From the NCBI GenBank assembly GCA_038211765.1, contig JBBQVG010000022.1:1-15362 (forward strand): a stretch of 15,362 nucleotides of DNA. Direction: 5' to 3'. The notes under the pieces are model-generated. The model was given only the letters and a program-made list of their open reading frames with translations. It was not told the origin of the DNA and did not search any database. Made by a program: the position numbers and the translations under genes. Of the stretch, positions 13,112 to 15,362 are shown in pieces (the first letter of the stretch is position 1; every line of letters starts with the position of its first letter). The stretch is from Minisyncoccia bacterium (GTDB lineage: Bacteria > Patescibacteriota > Minisyncoccia > Phycocordibacterales > PALSA-1337).

Positions 13112-13309
13112 TTACCAAATAATTGATGATGAGTGCCGACGCGGTGTAACAAGAAATCCTTCGTATTCATGTTTGAGCTTATGGTTGTTGAGAAGTGGAT
13201 CAAATTCATTAAGTGTAAAAATCCTTATACGTTCATTAACTTTTTCACAGATCTCCTTTTGGAGCCTCTTCCAATCTTTTGTGAATAGTGATGACCAATG
13301 AATTATCAT
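13112..13309 (-). CDS. RelE/ParE-superfamily type II toxin (short, atypical C-terminus)
   Basis: 65-aa ORF. FTKDWKRLQKE...RIRIF..NEFDPLLNNHKLKHEYEGF resembles RelE/YafQ-like toxins. It lies 17 nt downstream of an antitoxin-like gene. Confidence 0.5.
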   Translation of the reverse strand: MIIHWSSLFTKDWKRLQKEICEKVNERIRIFTLNEFDPLLNNHKLKHEYEGFLVTPRRHSSSIIW

Positions 13310-13326
13310 AAAGTAGGTAGGACATA

Positions 13327-13611
13327 TTAAGAGTTTAGGGCAGCAATAAGTTCGTCCACCGAATGAGCCACTGGTAATTTTCCCTCCCTGTATTCTTTTT
13401 CTCCTTTTAATAAGGACGCAATTGTTTTCTTGTTTAGTACGTATTCTTCTTCTGTAGTCAGGCTCACCCCTTTATTACGCACAAACTGGCGAAGAAGGGC
13501 ATTGACGAGCGTGCCGAGAGGCAACCCGATCTGTTCGGCGGTTTTCTGGGCGGCCTGCTTGAGATTCTTGTCGATTTTGACTGTGAGTAAGGTTTTAGTA
13601 TTTGTAGTCAT
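13327..13611 (-). CDS. RelB/DinJ-like (ribbon-helix-helix) antitoxin
   Basis: TKTLLTVKIDKNLKQAAQKTAEQIGLPLGTLVNALLRQFV is an RHH/DinJ pattern. I prefer the ATG at 13611 (MTTNTK...) over the ORF-track start at 13659. Confidence 0.6.
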   Translation of the reverse strand: MTTNTKTLLTVKIDKNLKQAAQKTAEQIGLPLGTLVNALLRQFVRNKGVSLTTEEEYVLNKKTIASLLKGEKEYREGKLPVAHSVDELIAALNS

Positions 13612-13671
13612 ATACCCAAGTATATACTTCGGTATGATGGTGTCAATAAAAATCAACATACGTCAGGATCA

Positions 13672-14700
13672 ATGTCTACTGGTAGGTTTCGTAATGAAGC
13701 ATACAATTGTGGCATGGATGAAAAGGGTAAAAATATATTATTGTACGCATCACCTGATGGGGCACTCAAGTTGGAGGTGTCGATTGATGGCGAGACGGTT
13801 TGGCTGTCACAAAAGCAGATGGCGGAGCTTTTTGATTGCAGTGTCTTTAATATCAATGTGCATTTAAAGAATGTGTATAAAGAGGGCGAATTAGTGGAAA
13901 GTCGAACTATTGAGGAATCCTCAATAGTTCAAAAAGAAGGAGGGCGGACTGTTTCTCGAAGTACTATGTTTTATAACTTAGACGCCATTATTTCCGTCGG
14001 ATACCGTATCAATTCCATAAGAGGCACACAATTTCGCATCTGGGCCACAAAAAAGCTGAAAGAGTACATAGTCAAAGGCTTTGTCCTCGATGACGAACGG
14101 CTGGCTCAGGGCAAGAAATCAGATTACTTTGATGAGCTTCTCGAGCGAATCCGTGGTATCCGCGCCAGCGAACGCAATTTTTATCAGAAGATTACTGATA
14201 TCTATGCCACAAGTGTGGATTACAACAAGAATATAGAGGACACCCGGAAATTCTTTGCAGGAGTGCAGAACAAGATTCACTATGCAGTTCATGGCAAGAC
14301 TGCAGCAGAAATAATTGATTCTCGAGCTGATGCAAAGAAAAAGTATATGGGACTGACCAATTTCAAAGGGAAACTCATTAAACAATCCGATATTTCCATC
14401 GCCAAGAATTATTTGAATGAAAAGGAATTGAAACAACTTAACCTGATAACCACGCTCTATCTCGACTTTGCAGAATTGCAGGCAAGCAACGAACGTCCGA
14501 TGACTATGAAGGAGTGGGTCAGTAAACTGGATGATTTCCTAAAGTTGAGTGAAAAGAAGGTCTTGAAAGGTGTTGGTACGATGAGTAAAAGCGTTGCGGA
14601 CAAGAAAGCGCACGCAGAATTTGAGAAGTACCGCAAAGAGAAGGATAAAAAATATGCTTCAGATTTTGACAGGCAGATGAGGAAGTATGTGAAGAAGTAA
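13672..14700 (+). CDS. rhuM: RhuM family (virulence-associated) protein
   Basis: LYASPDGALKLEVSIDGETVWLSQKQMAELF...YNLDAIISVGYRINSIRGTQFRIWATKKLKEYIVKGFVLDDERL matches the RhuM family. The true start may be the ATG at 13714 (MDEKGK...). Confidence 0.8.
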   Translation: MSTGRFRNEAYNCGMDEKGKNILLYASPDGALKLEVSIDGETVWLSQKQMAELFDCSVFNINVHLKNVYKEGELVESRTIEESSIVQKEGGRTVSRSTMFYNLDAIISVGYRINSIRGTQFRIWATKKLKEYIVKGFVLDDERLAQGKKSDYFDELLERIRGIRASERNFYQKITDIYATSVDYNKNIEDTRKFFAGVQNKIHYAVHGKTAAEIIDSRADAKKKYMGLTNFKGKLIKQSDISIAKNYLNEKELKQLNLITTLYLDFAELQASNERPMTMKEWVSKLDDFLKLSEKKVLKGVGTMSKSVADKKAHAEFEKYRKEKDKKYASDFDRQMRKYVKK

Positions 14701-14759
14701 CTAGTAATCGGGCAAATAAAAAAGGCAACCGTTGGATGTGGTCACCATTTAATTGCGAA

Positions 14760-15080
14760 CTAGAACTTTCTTCTGACGAGACAAAGAAGGGCTTCTTCTT
14801 GAGGGGGAATATCATCGGCCCTTCCTTTGGGATGAGTCCAGTAGTGCCCTGGTGTGAAATTTAGTGACCCTTCCCCGACTATCTGCTCGAGCTCCGTGAA
14901 TGTTGGAAGCCGTCCTCCGTCATGGTTTAAAACAACCTCAAACAAGTGTTCACTTTTGACGACTCCCATGTGAAATGTTTCCAATGGCAATGGTCCAATT
15001 TTATTCATACTGTTCCTTTCTACATCAACAAGGGTTCCTTTCGTTTGCCAAAAATTACCATTTAGGGTAGATTGTGTCAA
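14760..15080 (-). CDS. Hypothetical protein; weak resemblance to the DUF1566-type RLPT..EL motif
   Basis: 106-aa ORF. An alternative start at 15008 is preceded by [18 protein letters not shown] is only a weak family hint. Confidence 0.4.
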   Translation of the reverse strand: MTQSTLNGNFWQTKGTLVDVERNSMNKIGPLPLETFHMGVVKSEHLFEVVLNHDGGRLPTFTELEQIVGEGSLNFTPGHYWTHPKGRADDIPPQEEALLCLVRRKF

Positions 15081-15095
15081 TCAAACCAAACCACC

Positions 15096-15362
15096 ATGCT
15101 TATACCAACAGTCATCGAAAAGTCATCATTCGGCGAGCGCGCGTACGACATCTATTCACGCCTTCTTCGCGACAACATTGTTTTTCTCGGCGGGCCTATA
15201 GATGACCACACGGCCAACCTTATCATTGCTCAACTCCTTTTCTTGCAATCAGAAGACTCGAAGAAAGATATTTCACTCTACGTCAACTCTCCTGGCGGTT
15301 CGGTTTCTTCTACTTTGGCCATCATCGATACCATGCAACACATCAAGAACGATGTTTCGACA
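15096..15362 (+). CDS. clpP: ATP-dependent Clp protease proteolytic subunit, 3' end cut by window edge
   Basis: My translation: [72 protein letters not shown]... This is the canonical ClpP N-terminal region including the active-site Ser context (NSPGGSV). Confidence 0.95.
   Translation, partial: MLIPTVIEKSSFGERAYDIYSRLLRDNIVFLGGPIDDHTANLIIAQLLFLQSEDSKKDISLYVNSPGGSVSSTLAIIDTMQHIKNDVST

Noticed and set aside
14772-14810. CTGACGAG on the + strand near the 3' end of the 14760..15080 gene
   Set aside because: The CUGANGA-like heptamer is not followed by a closed stem II plus GAAA, and there is no stem I/III partner. It is not a hammerhead.

Overview
The window is a bacterial chromosomal segment. 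It appears to come from a small-genome organism that rarely uses Shine-Dalgarno (SD) sequences. A Patescibacteria/CPR-like origin is only an inference, based on gene content and mostly SD-less or leaderless starts.

Housekeeping genes are easy to recognise: xth (partial), cca, yraN-family, an alpha/beta serine hydrolase, HU, a SWIB-domain protein, a TrmB-family regulator, RNase Y and clpP (partial). There are four tRNAs: Arg-UCG, Gly-GCC, Pro-UGG and Gly-UCC. A RelE/RelB-like toxin-antitoxin pair and a RhuM-family gene are also present.

Two things stand out.

(1) Bases ~7100-11340 form an accessory-looking block that is almost free of credible long ORFs for its first 1.6 kb. A near-consensus extended -10 promoter at 7798-7825 leads into ~870 nt of densely hairpinned, non-coding sequence. 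Downstream lies a string of small cistrons separated by three canonical type III hammerhead ribozymes, with predicted cleavage after C9117, C9979 and C10304. Each ribozyme is followed within 0-3 nt by a GTTCTT(T/C) box. A 12-20 bp hairpin then buries the SD or start codon of the next ORF. This looks like a natural ribozyme-insulated, hairpin-gated cassette operon.

(2) tRNA-Gly(GCC) and tRNA-Pro(UGG) are each followed by a conserved 90-nt G-rich element (79/90 identical, with a 36-nt perfect run). Each element ends in a second copy of its own host tRNA's 3' T-loop/acceptor sequence. Each element also begins with a short segment complementary to that copy.

I saw no CRISPR array, rRNA, transposase, integrase or reverse transcriptase. 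All ncRNA calls rest on hand-folded structure and motif recognition and need covariance-model and experimental confirmation.
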